This document shows, piece by piece, positions 17,037 through 25,560 of a stretch of DNA of 29,003 nucleotides; position 1 is the stretch's first letter, and every line of letters starts with the position of its first letter. Both the position numbers and the translations under genes were made by a program. The notes below the pieces were generated by a model that was not told the DNA's origin, ran no database searches, and saw nothing but the letters and a program-made list of their open reading frames with translations. The DNA is taken from the IMG/VR virus record IMGVR_UViG_3300032225_000841, positions 1 through 29,003 of that record. One strand, written 5' to 3'. The DNA comes from a virus (taxonomy: Duplodnaviria; Caudoviricetes).

Positions 17037-17945
17037 ATGGCTATTTCACGTTCACAGCTCCTAAAAGAGCTACTCCCAGGCTTAAACGCTTTGTTCGGAC
17101 TCGAATACAAGCGCTATGGCGAAGAGCATAAAGAGCTCTACGAGATTGAATCTTCTGAGCGTTCATTCGAAGAAGAAACAAAACTGTCTGGTTTCTCGGC
17201 TGCTCCAGTCAAGAACGAAGGCGGTGCAATTTCTTACGATAATGCACAAGAAGCTTTCACAGCTCGCTACTCACACGAAACCATCGCTTTAGGTTTCTCA
17301 ATCACTGAAGAAGCGATTGAAGATAACTTGTACGACTCTTTGTCTGCTCGTTACACTAAAGCATTGGCTCGTGCTATGGCTTACACCAAGCAAGTTAAAG
17401 GTGCATCTGTATTGAACAACGGCTTTAGCTCCAGCTACAACGGTGGCGACGGCGTTCCATTGTTCTCTGCATCACACCCATTGGTAAACGGCGGCACAAA
17501 CAGCAACATTCCTCCAACACCAGTTGATTTGAACGAAACAGCTTTAGAAGCTGCAACAATTCAAATCGCTGCGTGGACTGATGAGCGCGGTCTGTTGATC
17601 GCTGCTAAACCACGCAAGTTGGTTATTCCTCCAAACTTGATGTTCGTTGCTACACGTCTGCTTGAAACTAACCTCCGTGTTGGTACAACAGATAACGACA
17701 TCAACGCTATTAAGAACAACGGTACCATTCCAGAAGGTTACACAGTTAACCACTTCTTGACTGATACAAACGGTTGGTTCTTGTTGACTGACGTACCTAA
17801 CGGTTTGAAAATGTTCGAACGTACTCCGCTGCAAAACAGCATGGACGGCGACTTTGACACTGGTAACGTACGCTACAAGTCACGCGAGCGTTATAGCTTT
17901 GGTTGGTCTGATCCACTCGGAGCATGGGGTTCACAAGGTTCTTAA
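17037..17945 (+). CDS. major capsid protein (HK97 fold, Mu gpT-like)
   Basis: 302 aa, PRKLVIPPNL and D-F-TGNVRYK...RYSFGWSD C-terminal motif; AAGGAG RBS; followed by a terminator. Confidence 0.88.
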   Translation: MAISRSQLLKELLPGLNALFGLEYKRYGEEHKELYEIESSERSFEEETKLSGFSAAPVKNEGGAISYDNAQEAFTARYSHETIALGFSITEEAIEDNLYDSLSARYTKALARAMAYTKQVKGASVLNNGFSSSYNGGDGVPLFSASHPLVNGGTNSNIPPTPVDLNETALEAATIQIAAWTDERGLLIAAKPRKLVIPPNLMFVATRLLETNLRVGTTDNDINAIKNNGTIPEGYTVNHFLTDTNGWFLLTDVPNGLKMFERTPLQNSMDGDFDTGNVRYKSRERYSFGWSDPLGAWGSQGS

Positions 17946-17963
17946 TCCAAGAACTTGTTCCAT

Positions 17964-17995
17964 AAAAAACCCAGCTCACAAGGCTGGGTTTTTTT
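17964..17995. terminator. bidirectional intrinsic terminator
   Basis: AAAAAACCCAGC...GCTGGGTTTTTTT between the convergent MCP and HNH genes. Confidence 0.85.
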
Positions 17996-18326
17996 CTTCG
18001 TAGTGGTGGATTCTGTGGCAGTTAGCGCATAGAACTATGCACTTTTTTATTTCTTCGTATGCTTTTTTAAATTGCTTGTTAGAGATTAAACGGTTAACGT
18101 TATGCTCTTTGGTGCGCGGGTCTTCGTGGTGAAAATCTAGTGCTGCTGTGTGGTTAAAACCGCATTTTGTACATTTAAGTGTACGTTTAAATGTATCCCA
18201 CTCTGCTTTTAACCGTGCTTTATTTTCACTTAACCGCTGCCTTGTTTCTTCTTGGTTAGCCAAGTAGTGTTTACGGCTGTACTCCGCATGTTTGGCTTTT
18301 CTTACGTTCGCGTCTTTGTACGGCAT
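17976..18326 (-). CDS. HNH endonuclease
   Basis: CTKCG...LDFHH...KCIVLCANCHRIHH; probable start MPYKD at 18326. Confidence 0.85.
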   Translation of the reverse strand: MPYKDANVRKAKHAEYSRKHYLANQEETRQRLSENKARLKAEWDTFKRTLKCTKCGFNHTAALDFHHEDPRTKEHNVNRLISNKQFKKAYEEIKKCIVLCANCHRIHHYEEKNPAL

Positions 18327-18759
18327 CTGGATGTACTTTATATTTCCAATAGATTGCGTTGCGAAAGCCCCACGGTTGTCCGGGCTGATAGATTTTGAAA
18401 CCCGCATTGATTAACGAGTTTGATGATGCTGGATTGTTTGTTGTATCGGTTATTAACCAATTCCATCCTAGCTTTCTTGCCTGTTTAACTCGCGCCAGTA
18501 TAAGTCTTTTTTGTAAACCGTGTCCAGTATATCCGTCTAATACGCCGGCTCTACATAAATAACCTGTATCGCTCCATTTGATCGAGCGGACCAAACCCGC
18601 AAAAGCGACAGGCTTTCCATCCTCCGCATACGCAATCCACCAATGACCCCGATCCGGTTGATAGGGTGTATCCATTGGAAGTATTTTCTTTTGCAAAAAA
18701 AGCAGTGTGGTTTGAACTGAGGGGACTCGGATGTCCACTTTTTTTATTGTAAATTTCAT
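18271..18759 (-). CDS. GNAT family acetyltransferase
   Basis: YLCRAGV...YTGHGLQKRL (acetyl-CoA motif A), NPASSNSLINAGF (motif B). Confidence 0.85.
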   Translation of the reverse strand: MKFTIKKVDIRVPSVQTTLLFLQKKILPMDTPYQPDRGHWWIAYAEDGKPVAFAGLVRSIKWSDTGYLCRAGVLDGYTGHGLQKRLILARVKQARKLGWNWLITDTTNNPASSNSLINAGFKIYQPGQPWGFRNAIYWKYKVHPDAVQRRERKKSQTCGVQP

Positions 18760-18813
18760 TGCCCATAATCCCCCAAAAAGTTACCTATTTCTACTTATTT
18801 TACTCAAAAATCC

Positions 18814-18841
18814 TTGCACAAAAACAAAAAAAGAGTAAACT
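18814..18841 (+). promoter_or_regulatory. sigma70-like promoter TTGCAC-N16-TAAACT
   Basis: Predicted start just before the structured leader at 18850. Confidence 0.5.
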
Positions 18842-18849
18842 AGCACTAA

Positions 18850-18914
18850 CTGGGTGATTGCCTATACCAACCGCCCCAGCGGATAATGCAAGAATGGTAT
18901 AGGGACTTTTGCAT
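18850..18914 (+). ncRNA. structured 5' leader: two hairpins with 9-bp loop-loop pairing
   Basis: CTGGG/CCCAG; ATGCAAGA/TTTTGCAT; CCTATACCA(18861-69)/TGGTATAGG(18895-903); abuts RBS AAGGA. Confidence 0.65.
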
Positions 18915-18927
18915 AAGGATACACATT

Positions 18928-19392
18928 ATGGGTTTCGCTACTCACTTAGGCCCTTGGTTATTGGGTTCAAATCGTTACACTACTGGTACTACAGCGGCTA
19001 CTACTGCTAATACAGGTTGCACAGTTGTTTCTCAATCTGCTCCTGTAGTTTTTGGTACATTGACAGGCAACTTAATTGCCGTTCCTGCTGGCGCACAAAT
19101 TATTGACGTTAAAGTTGTTACTACAACCGTATTTAGCGCTGCAACTACTGCAAAACTAAGCATCGGCGGCGTAGATTTTACTACTACAGGTACTATCACT
19201 AGCGTTGGTTCTGTGGCTTTGGGTGCAAATGCTACTACCCCTGGTGGCTGGTTAAACGTAGGTTCTACCGATACTTTCATTACTTACACATTGGCTGGAA
19301 CAAGCTTAACTACTGGCGCGGCAACTATTATTGTTACCTACGCAGTTCGTGATTCAAACGGTAATCAACGTCCGACCACATTTCAAAATTAA
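18928..19392 (+). CDS. virion structural protein (capsid cement/spike-like), 154 aa
   Basis: Start MGFATHLGP after the AAGGA RBS; VPAGAQIIDV...TTVF; Thr/Gly-rich. Confidence 0.75.
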   Translation: MGFATHLGPWLLGSNRYTTGTTAATTANTGCTVVSQSAPVVFGTLTGNLIAVPAGAQIIDVKVVTTTVFSAATTAKLSIGGVDFTTTGTITSVGSVALGANATTPGGWLNVGSTDTFITYTLAGTSLTTGAATIIVTYAVRDSNGNQRPTTFQN

Positions 19393-19397
19393 TCCTT

Positions 19398-19419
19398 AGG
19401 GGGTTTAGGCCCCCTTTTT
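19398..19419 (+). terminator. intrinsic terminator
   Basis: AGGGGG-TTTAGG-CCCCCT followed by TTTT. Confidence 0.7.
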
Positions 19420-19438
19420 AAAATTTAAGAGATTAATT

Positions 19439-19963
19439 ATGACAATGCAAACTGACGTTTTAGCGGCGCACCTAAATCAATCTGGTTTAGCGTATGTTGG
19501 ACGTACTCGTTTAAGGCAAATTACTTTAGCTGGCAATGCTAGCCAAAGCGGTAAAATTGTTTTCTTTGATTGCGTAACTGCTCCCGTTACAAATGCTACT
19601 TATGGGCGTTCTGGTAATACTGTTACCGTGTCTTTAAATGCACACGGGCTTGTTGCCGGTCAAAAAATAGGCATTTCTTATAACAGTTCTGGTAATGTTT
19701 CTGCTACTGACGGAAACTATATTGTTGATACGGCTAGCGCAAATTCATTTACGATCGTAGACCCTAACTCAGGCACTGTAACAAATGCCGGTACAAATTG
19801 CCAATACGTAATTGGCAATAATCGTTGGCTTTCTACATATGAAACTTTGACGGGTTCAACAGCTACTCAACAACTACTAATTCCGGGTGAAGGCATTTTG
19901 TGTTATCAAGGTCTTTACATTTATATGCTTAACATGGGTTTTACAACGATTCATTATGGCTAA
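19439..19963 (+). CDS. virion structural protein with internal FCCH-like beta domain
   Basis: AHGLVAGQKIGI...GNYIVDTASANSFTI resembles the E1-FCCH-like repeat of phage tail proteins; C-terminal IPGEGIL. Confidence 0.65.
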   Translation: MTMQTDVLAAHLNQSGLAYVGRTRLRQITLAGNASQSGKIVFFDCVTAPVTNATYGRSGNTVTVSLNAHGLVAGQKIGISYNSSGNVSATDGNYIVDTASANSFTIVDPNSGTVTNAGTNCQYVIGNNRWLSTYETLTGSTATQQLLIPGEGILCYQGLYIYMLNMGFTTIHYG

Positions 19964-20216
19964 GAAAAAAGGTCCTTCTCTTGCGGTTGGTCGCGGTGAA
20001 AAGCTGCCTGTATCTAAGGGTGCTGGGCTTACCGCCAAAGGTCGTGCTAAATATAATGCGGCAACAGGCAGCAATTTAAAAGCTCCACAGCCCGAAGGTG
20101 GACCACGTAAGAAATCTTTTTGCGCCAGAATGTCTGGAATGCCGGGACCTATGAAAGATGAAAAAGGCCGACCGACTAGGAAAGCGGCTAGTTTAAAACG
20201 GTGGAATTGCAAATGA
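19956..20216 (+). CDS. small basic protein (RKKSFCARM motif)
   Basis: Start MAKKKGPS; GLTAKGRAKYN, RKKSFCARM, SLKRWNC. Confidence 0.8.
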   Translation: MAKKKGPSLAVGRGEKLPVSKGAGLTAKGRAKYNAATGSNLKAPQPEGGPRKKSFCARMSGMPGPMKDEKGRPTRKAASLKRWNCK

Positions 20217-20464
20217 GTACGGATATTAACCCAATTGAAACCGCTAGAGAACTGGCAACACACGCTAATGACATCGAGCATTTACAGGCTGATATGGACA
20301 AACTTGTTAAAGATATGGAAGAAGTTAAAAGATCTTTGGCCGACATTCAGCGCATGTTGTCCGAAAGCGCAGCTAGCAAAAAAGTCTGGCATACAATTTT
20401 TACAGTTGGTGCAGGTTTGATTGGCGGAATTATTGTTTGGGCTTTAGATAGGATTTGGAAATGA
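20213..20464 (+). CDS. coiled-coil + C-terminal TM protein (holin/XhlA-like)
   Basis: Heptad coil then TIFTVGAGLIGGIIVWAL; ATGA coupling. Confidence 0.65.
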   Translation: MSTDINPIETARELATHANDIEHLQADMDKLVKDMEEVKRSLADIQRMLSESAASKKVWHTIFTVGAGLIGGIIVWALDRIWK

Positions 20465-20790
20465 AAGACGACTTAGAAGAAAAATATCCTGGCGCTAAAA
20501 TCACCAGGGGCGGAGCTCAACCTGCTCCTGAAGGATATAGCTCTAACAGAATAGGCGAAAACAAAGTTGAAATGGAAGCACCACGCAATCGTTCCGACGC
20601 CCGTACACTAGCGCCATATGAGGTAAAAGCAGCTAAATTTAGCAGAACTGGTGGTGGCGGTTCATCTGGCGTATTACCAAACGACAGTAAAAGCGGTTTA
20701 GATCGCCCACATTTGTACAATAAAGGCGGCAGAGTTAAGACGTTTAGGCATCATGATGGAATAGCTCAAAGAGGTAAAACCCGTGCCTAG
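20461..20790 (+). CDS. small basic protein with YNKGGRV / DGIAQRGKT motifs
   Basis: ATGA coupled; motifs shared with neighbours. Confidence 0.7.
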   Translation: MKDDLEEKYPGAKITRGGAQPAPEGYSSNRIGENKVEMEAPRNRSDARTLAPYEVKAAKFSRTGGGGSSGVLPNDSKSGLDRPHLYNKGGRVKTFRHHDGIAQRGKTRA

Positions 20791-21133
20791 TACATCTAAA
20801 AAACAACACAACTTTATGGCCGCTGTAGCCAAAAACCCAACTTTTGCTAAGAAGGTTGGAATTAAGTCGGCTGTAGGTGAAGAGTTTGTAAAAGCTGACA
20901 AAGGCAAAAAATTTAAGGAGGGCGGTATGGCTAAAGAAAAAATGCATTCTGAGAAATCAGAAATGGAAATGGACAAAAAACAAGACGTTGCCATGATTAA
21001 AAAAGCTTTTAAGCAACACGATGCTCAAGAGCATAAAGGTAGCAAGGGCACTACGCTCAAGCTTAAAAAAGGTGGCTCTGTAAGGGGCTGTGGTTGTGCA
21101 TCTAAAGGTTTAACCAAAGGAAAAATAGTATGA
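20783..21133 (+). CDS. small Lys-rich protein
   Basis: 116 aa, GTG start, FKEGGM and LKKGGSV motifs. Confidence 0.75.
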   Translation: MPSTSKKQHNFMAAVAKNPTFAKKVGIKSAVGEEFVKADKGKKFKEGGMAKEKMHSEKSEMEMDKKQDVAMIKKAFKQHDAQEHKGSKGTTLKLKKGGSVRGCGCASKGLTKGKIV

Positions 21134-21336
21134 AAATGAAAGAAACAATGGGCCCATCTACAATGGCAAAAGATGTTGAAAAATTTCCTAAATTTGCTAG
21201 TCATGAGTCTGCTACTGCTAAGCATGGCGCAGGCCACAAAGCACACCATGAGTTCTTTAAAGAGCGCGCAGCTGGTAACGCTTTGCACCACGATCATGTA
21301 CAAAAAATGTGCATGGGCGGTAAGGTTTCAAAGTAA
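21130..21336 (+). CDS. small His/Lys-rich protein
   Basis: 68 aa, ATGA coupling, MCMGGKV. Confidence 0.7.
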   Translation: MKMKETMGPSTMAKDVEKFPKFASHESATAKHGAGHKAHHEFFKERAAGNALHHDHVQKMCMGGKVSK

Positions 21337-21566
21337 TGAAAGCTTCTCGTGGAATGGGGGCAATGCTTCCGTCCAAAAGACCTAAATCTGGCAAGTCTGC
21401 AGTATTGCTTAAAAAAGGTGGGAAAGTTGGACTTTACGAAAATATTCATAAAAAGCAAGCTCGCATTGCAGCTGGTTCTGGTGAAAAAATGCGTCCTGTT
21501 GGGGCTAAGGGCGCGCCTACTAAAGCGGACTTTATTAAATCTGCTAAAACTGCAAGGAAAAAATAA
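21336..21566 (+). CDS. small Lys-rich protein
   Basis: 76 aa, TAATG coupling, LKKGGKVGLYENIHKKQARI. Confidence 0.75.
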   Translation: MKASRGMGAMLPSKRPKSGKSAVLLKKGGKVGLYENIHKKQARIAAGSGEKMRPVGAKGAPTKADFIKSAKTARKK

Positions 21567-21742
21567 TGGCCGAGAAGTGGATTCAAAAAGCAATTAAAAA
21601 ACCCGGTGCTTTAAAGGCGTCGCTAGGTGTTGCTAAAGACAAAAAGATTCCGTCAAGCAAACTAGCCGCAGCTGCAAAGAAACCCGGCAAGATGGGTAAG
21701 CGGGCTAGGCTTGCGGAAACCTTAAAAGGATTAAAAAAATGA
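21566..21742 (+). CDS. 58-aa Lys-rich protein (MAEKWIQKAIKKPGAL...)
   Basis: Not in ORF track; TAATG and ATGA coupling fill the gap exactly. Confidence 0.8.
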   Translation: MAEKWIQKAIKKPGALKASLGVAKDKKIPSSKLAAAAKKPGKMGKRARLAETLKGLKK

Positions 21743-21954
21743 GATTACGTTTTTTAGTTAATTGGGTTTTAGGTTTGTTTGAAAAGAAAAAAGATGAGAT
21801 TGATCCTAGAGAAATCGCAGCTTGGCCTTTTCCTGTTCCGAAGAAAAAACGTGAACGCCCCGCTAAAAAAGTTGTTACAAAAAAGCCAGCAGCTAAAAAA
21901 ACTGCAACTAAAAAACCTGCAGTCAAAAAGACGGTTAAAAAGAAAGCAAAGTAA
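21739..21954 (+). CDS. histone H1-like protein (PAKK repeats, AAWPFP motif)
   Basis: PAKKVVTKKPAAKKTATKKPAVKKTVKKKAK tail. Confidence 0.7.
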   Translation: MRLRFLVNWVLGLFEKKKDEIDPREIAAWPFPVPKKKRERPAKKVVTKKPAAKKTATKKPAVKKTVKKKAK

Positions 21955-22712
21955 TGACCACTACTGGCTTATCACAGTTTAATTTAGACTTAAGCGATCT
22001 CGTAGAAGAGGCATTTGAGCGTTGTGGCTCAGAGCTTAGGTCTGGTTACGACTTTAGAACAGCTAGACGTTCTTTGAATTTGCTCACTATTGAGTGGGCA
22101 AATCGCGGTATTAATATGTGGACTATTGAGCAAGGCACAATAAATTTGGTGCAGGGCGTAAATACATACGATCTTCCAATAGACACAATTGATTTGATAG
22201 AGCATCAAATTCGTACAAATGCCGGACAACAAGCAACACAAACAGATATTACTATTTCAAGAATCAGCGTTTCAACTTACGCTACTATCCCAAACAAGCT
22301 AAGCCAAGGTCGCCCAATTCAAGTGTGGATTCAACGCATGTCTGGCGCACAATATCCGACAGGTTTAGGCCCAAATGGTACAGACCCAATTACAGGCATT
22401 GATGCTCCTAAGATTACAGTTTGGCCTACACCAGATGGTTCGCAGCCTTACCAATTTGTTTATTGGAGATTGAGAAGAATAAATGACGCTGGTGACGGCG
22501 TTAATACTCAAGATATTCCTTTCCGTTTTATTCCATGTATGGTTGCTGGATTGGCTTACTATCTTTCCATTAAGCTGCCGGGGGTAGACCCGCAACGTGT
22601 AGCTGGTTTAAAAGCTGATTACGAACAGCAGTTCCAGTTAGCCGCTGAAGAAGATAGAGAAAAAGCGCCAGTTAGATTTGTACCGCGTAGGATGTTTTTG
22701 GGCGGGGGTTGA
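21954..22712 (+). CDS. head-tail connector/adaptor protein (probable)
   Basis: 252 aa; EEAFERCG...ARRSLNLL..EWANRG, VWPTPD, GLAYYL; position after the head module. Confidence 0.65.
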   Translation: MTTTGLSQFNLDLSDLVEEAFERCGSELRSGYDFRTARRSLNLLTIEWANRGINMWTIEQGTINLVQGVNTYDLPIDTIDLIEHQIRTNAGQQATQTDITISRISVSTYATIPNKLSQGRPIQVWIQRMSGAQYPTGLGPNGTDPITGIDAPKITVWPTPDGSQPYQFVYWRLRRINDAGDGVNTQDIPFRFIPCMVAGLAYYLSIKLPGVDPQRVAGLKADYEQQFQLAAEEDREKAPVRFVPRRMFLGGG

Positions 22713-22720
22713 GGTAGAAT

Positions 22721-23098
22721 ATGCCTAATAAGTTTGCTTCCGGTAAGTATGCAATTGCGCAGTGCGATCGTTGCGACTTTAGATATAAGTTAGTTGATTT
22801 GCGTATTGAGATTATTAAAACCAAACCATATCAGCTAAAAGTATGCCGTACTTGTTGGGACCCAGATCAACCGCAGTTGCAGTTAGGCATGTACCCAATT
22901 AACGATCCGCAAGCTGTTAGGCAACCTAGACGCGATAATAGTTACGTAGCTTCAGGTTTAACAGCAGCAGGGTATCAAGGCGGCGGTAGTAGAGATACTC
23001 AGTGGGGTTGGAATCCTGTAGGGCAAGGGTATGATTATGGGGAAACGCCTAACTATTTAGTCGGGCAAACGGCGGTAGGAACAGTAACAATTAACTAG
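22721..23098 (+). CDS. Zn-finger-like protein (CxxC...CxxC)
   Basis: CDRCDF...VCRTCWD; GAGG RBS. Confidence 0.75.
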   Translation: MPNKFASGKYAIAQCDRCDFRYKLVDLRIEIIKTKPYQLKVCRTCWDPDQPQLQLGMYPINDPQAVRQPRRDNSYVASGLTAAGYQGGGSRDTQWGWNPVGQGYDYGETPNYLVGQTAVGTVTIN

Positions 23099-23107
23099 GA
23101 GTAAAAC

Positions 23108-23302
23108 ATGGGATATAGAAGCGCAGCTGATGGCATCACCAAACAAGGCAGAACTAAGGGTAAAAACCTTGGTGACACTGGTTCACACGATGGCATTCAA
23201 GTAGGTAAAAAACCAGCTAAAGGTATTGCTGGCGGTAAAACTAATGACGATATGAAAGCTCTTGGTCGTGGTTTGGCTAGAGCTAAAGCGGATGGTAAAT
23301 AA
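23108..23302 (+). CDS. small basic protein
   Basis: 64 aa, AGGAG RBS, ADGITKQGRTKG. Confidence 0.75.
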   Translation: MGYRSAADGITKQGRTKGKNLGDTGSHDGIQVGKKPAKGIAGGKTNDDMKALGRGLARAKADGK

Positions 23303-23304
23303 TC

Positions 23305-23547
23305 ATGGCAAAAAATAACAAACCTGCTGAGGCATACGCCCAGCCACATACAATGAGCGGCAAAGGCGTTACTGGCGAGTTGCCAGCTATGTCTACTGAA
23401 TCCGGTGCAGACTATATAAAAAATATTGCTATCTCTGTTGGTACAGTAAGCAAAGGTAATTACCCCGCTATTAAAACAGACGGCATTACAATGCGTGGAC
23501 ACGGCGCTGCAATTAAAGGCATTAAATCACGCGGTCCTATGGCCTAA
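23305..23547 (+). CDS. small protein
   Basis: 80 aa, MRGHGAAIKG..SRGPMA C-terminus. Confidence 0.75.
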   Translation: MAKNNKPAEAYAQPHTMSGKGVTGELPAMSTESGADYIKNIAISVGTVSKGNYPAIKTDGITMRGHGAAIKGIKSRGPMA

Positions 23548-23559
23548 GAACAGACTGTA

Positions 23560-24483
23560 ATGAATTACGAACAGTTGTATAACAACATTCAGGCTTACGC
23601 TGAAAATACTGAGGCGCTCTTTGTAGCGTCTATTCCTGTTTTTATACAAGAAGCTGAAGACCGCATATATAACTCTGTAAATCTACCGTCTTTACGTAAA
23701 AACGTTACGGGCGTTATTACTTCTAACAACCAATACCTTTCTTTACCTAATGATTGGTTAGCCAATTATTCGTTGGCGGTGGTTGACAACACTGGAAAAT
23801 ATAACTACCTATTAAATAAAGACGTTAATTTTATTCGAGAAGCGTATCCCTCGCCAACATCTACGGGACTACCGCGTTATTACGCTCTTTTTGGTTCTCA
23901 ATACAACAATGTTAATGAGCTGGCGTACATTATAGGCCCCACTCCGGACCAAAGCTATCAAGTAGAAATGCATTATTTTTACTACCCACCAACAATTGTG
24001 CAAGGTCAAATTGCTACACTAAACACTATAATTGGTGGTTCGCTGTATACCAATGGTGTATACCAAAACGTAGCTTTAACAGGAGGTTCTGGTGCTAACG
24101 CAACTGCTGATATCGTTATCTCAGGAGGCGCAGTTATATCCTGTAGCCTTAAGTTTGGCGGTAATTTTTATGTCGTGGGCGATATTCTTTCTTGTTCTTC
24201 CCTTGGCAATACTGGTTCTGGCTTTTCTATTTTAGTAGCTTCTGTATCAAATGCAGCAGGCACAAGTTGGCTTGGCGATAACTACGACCCAGTATTGTTT
24301 TATGGTGCTATGCGTGAGGCTATGCTTTTTATGAAGGGCGAACAAGATTTAGTTAGTTATTACGAACAAAAATACCAAGAAGCACTTACTCAATTACGCC
24401 GTCTTGGTGATGGACTTGAGCGCGGTGATTTCTACAGAGACGGACAACTTAAAATTGACGTTAGTGGTAAAGGCGGTGCGTAA
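23560..24483 (+). CDS. head-tail/tail tubular-like structural protein with internal Gly-rich beta domain
   Basis: 307 aa; FIQEAEDRI, GLPRYY, GPTPD, WLGDNYDPVLFYG. Confidence 0.7.
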   Translation: MNYEQLYNNIQAYAENTEALFVASIPVFIQEAEDRIYNSVNLPSLRKNVTGVITSNNQYLSLPNDWLANYSLAVVDNTGKYNYLLNKDVNFIREAYPSPTSTGLPRYYALFGSQYNNVNELAYIIGPTPDQSYQVEMHYFYYPPTIVQGQIATLNTIIGGSLYTNGVYQNVALTGGSGANATADIVISGGAVISCSLKFGGNFYVVGDILSCSSLGNTGSGFSILVASVSNAAGTSWLGDNYDPVLFYGAMREAMLFMKGEQDLVSYYEQKYQEALTQLRRLGDGLERGDFYRDGQLKIDVSGKGGA

Positions 24484-24920
24484 TGTCAAACATTGTCCAA
24501 GGCCAAACAACCACGTTTAAAAAAAACTTGTTACAAGGTTTAGAAAATTTTGCTGTAGGCACTACATACACGTACAAAATAGCGTTGTATACGGGTAACG
24601 CCATATTAAACCAATCAACAGCAACGTATATAACTGCAAACGAAGTTTCTGGAACTGGCTACACAGCTGGAGGAAAAACCCTTTCAGTAATACCACCGCA
24701 ATCTGATGACCTATCAAGTACAGCTTATTTGTCTTTTTTGCCCGTTACTTGGGCAGGAGCGTCCTTTACTACCCGATGTGCTTTAATTTATAATAGCACT
24801 ACCAACGCATCTGTTTGCGTATTAGATTTTGGATCAGACAAAACTACTACACAAGCAGGGACATTTACAGTAACTTTTCCAACACCAACGGCGACTAACG
24901 CCATTATTAGAATCAGCTAG
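24483..24920 (+). CDS. tail structural protein
   Basis: YKIALYT...NEVSGTGYTAGG..ALIYN...VLDFGSDKT...FTVTFP. Confidence 0.7.
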   Translation: MSNIVQGQTTTFKKNLLQGLENFAVGTTYTYKIALYTGNAILNQSTATYITANEVSGTGYTAGGKTLSVIPPQSDDLSSTAYLSFLPVTWAGASFTTRCALIYNSTTNASVCVLDFGSDKTTTQAGTFTVTFPTPTATNAIIRIS

Positions 24921-24928
24921 GAGCAATT

Positions 24929-25534
24929 ATGCATAAAGAATTTGGAAGCTGTGGCGATAAAGCAGAAATTAGTCTGCAAGCTGGCGCCGCACAAGATGAA
25001 ATCCTTGGTATTGAAGGTCAATGGCACGTTGAGTGCCGTGATGCACAAGGCAACTTAAAATGGACTGAAGAGTTTCCTAACTTAGTGGTTGCTGCTGGTA
25101 AACAGTTAATGTTTGATACTTTTTTAAAGGGTAGCGCATATACTGTTACTGGTCCATTTTTAGGATTGACAAACGCAACACTAACACCCGCTGCAACAGA
25201 CACAATGACAACTTTGGTTGGCGGTGGTAAAGAGTTTACTAACTACACCGTTGGTGGTTCTGCAGTTCGTGGCACAGCTGTATTTGCATCTGCTACATCT
25301 ACCGGTACAACACCGTCTAACGTAACTTCTTCTACAGCATCTGCAATTACCTACACCATTACTGGCGCTGGTGGTACTGTATATGGTTGCTTCTTAGTAT
25401 TGGGAACAGGCGCAGTTAGCACCCAAAGCAATACTGGCGGTACTTTGTATAGCGAAGGAAACTTTAGTGTAGCAAAAGCAACTACTGCTGGAGATACTGT
25501 TAGCGTAACTTATTCGACTACAGCTACAAGCTAA
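24929..25534 (+). CDS. tail structural protein
   Basis: 201 aa Thr/Gly-rich; NLVV..GK, GTLYS, GDTVSVTY; AGGAG RBS. Confidence 0.7.
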   Translation: MHKEFGSCGDKAEISLQAGAAQDEILGIEGQWHVECRDAQGNLKWTEEFPNLVVAAGKQLMFDTFLKGSAYTVTGPFLGLTNATLTPAATDTMTTLVGGGKEFTNYTVGGSAVRGTAVFASATSTGTTPSNVTSSTASAITYTITGAGGTVYGCFLVLGTGAVSTQSNTGGTLYSEGNFSVAKATTAGDTVSVTYSTTATS

Positions 25535-25560
25535 TCTTAAACCGTTTTTAGGAGCAGTAT

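Noticed and set aside
18327-18407. N-terminal extension of the HNH ORF
   Set aside because: Buried in the GNAT gene; MPYKD at 18326 is the more plausible start
18886-18927. N-terminal extension of the 168-aa ORF
   Set aside because: Lies inside the structured leader; the SD points to ATG 18928
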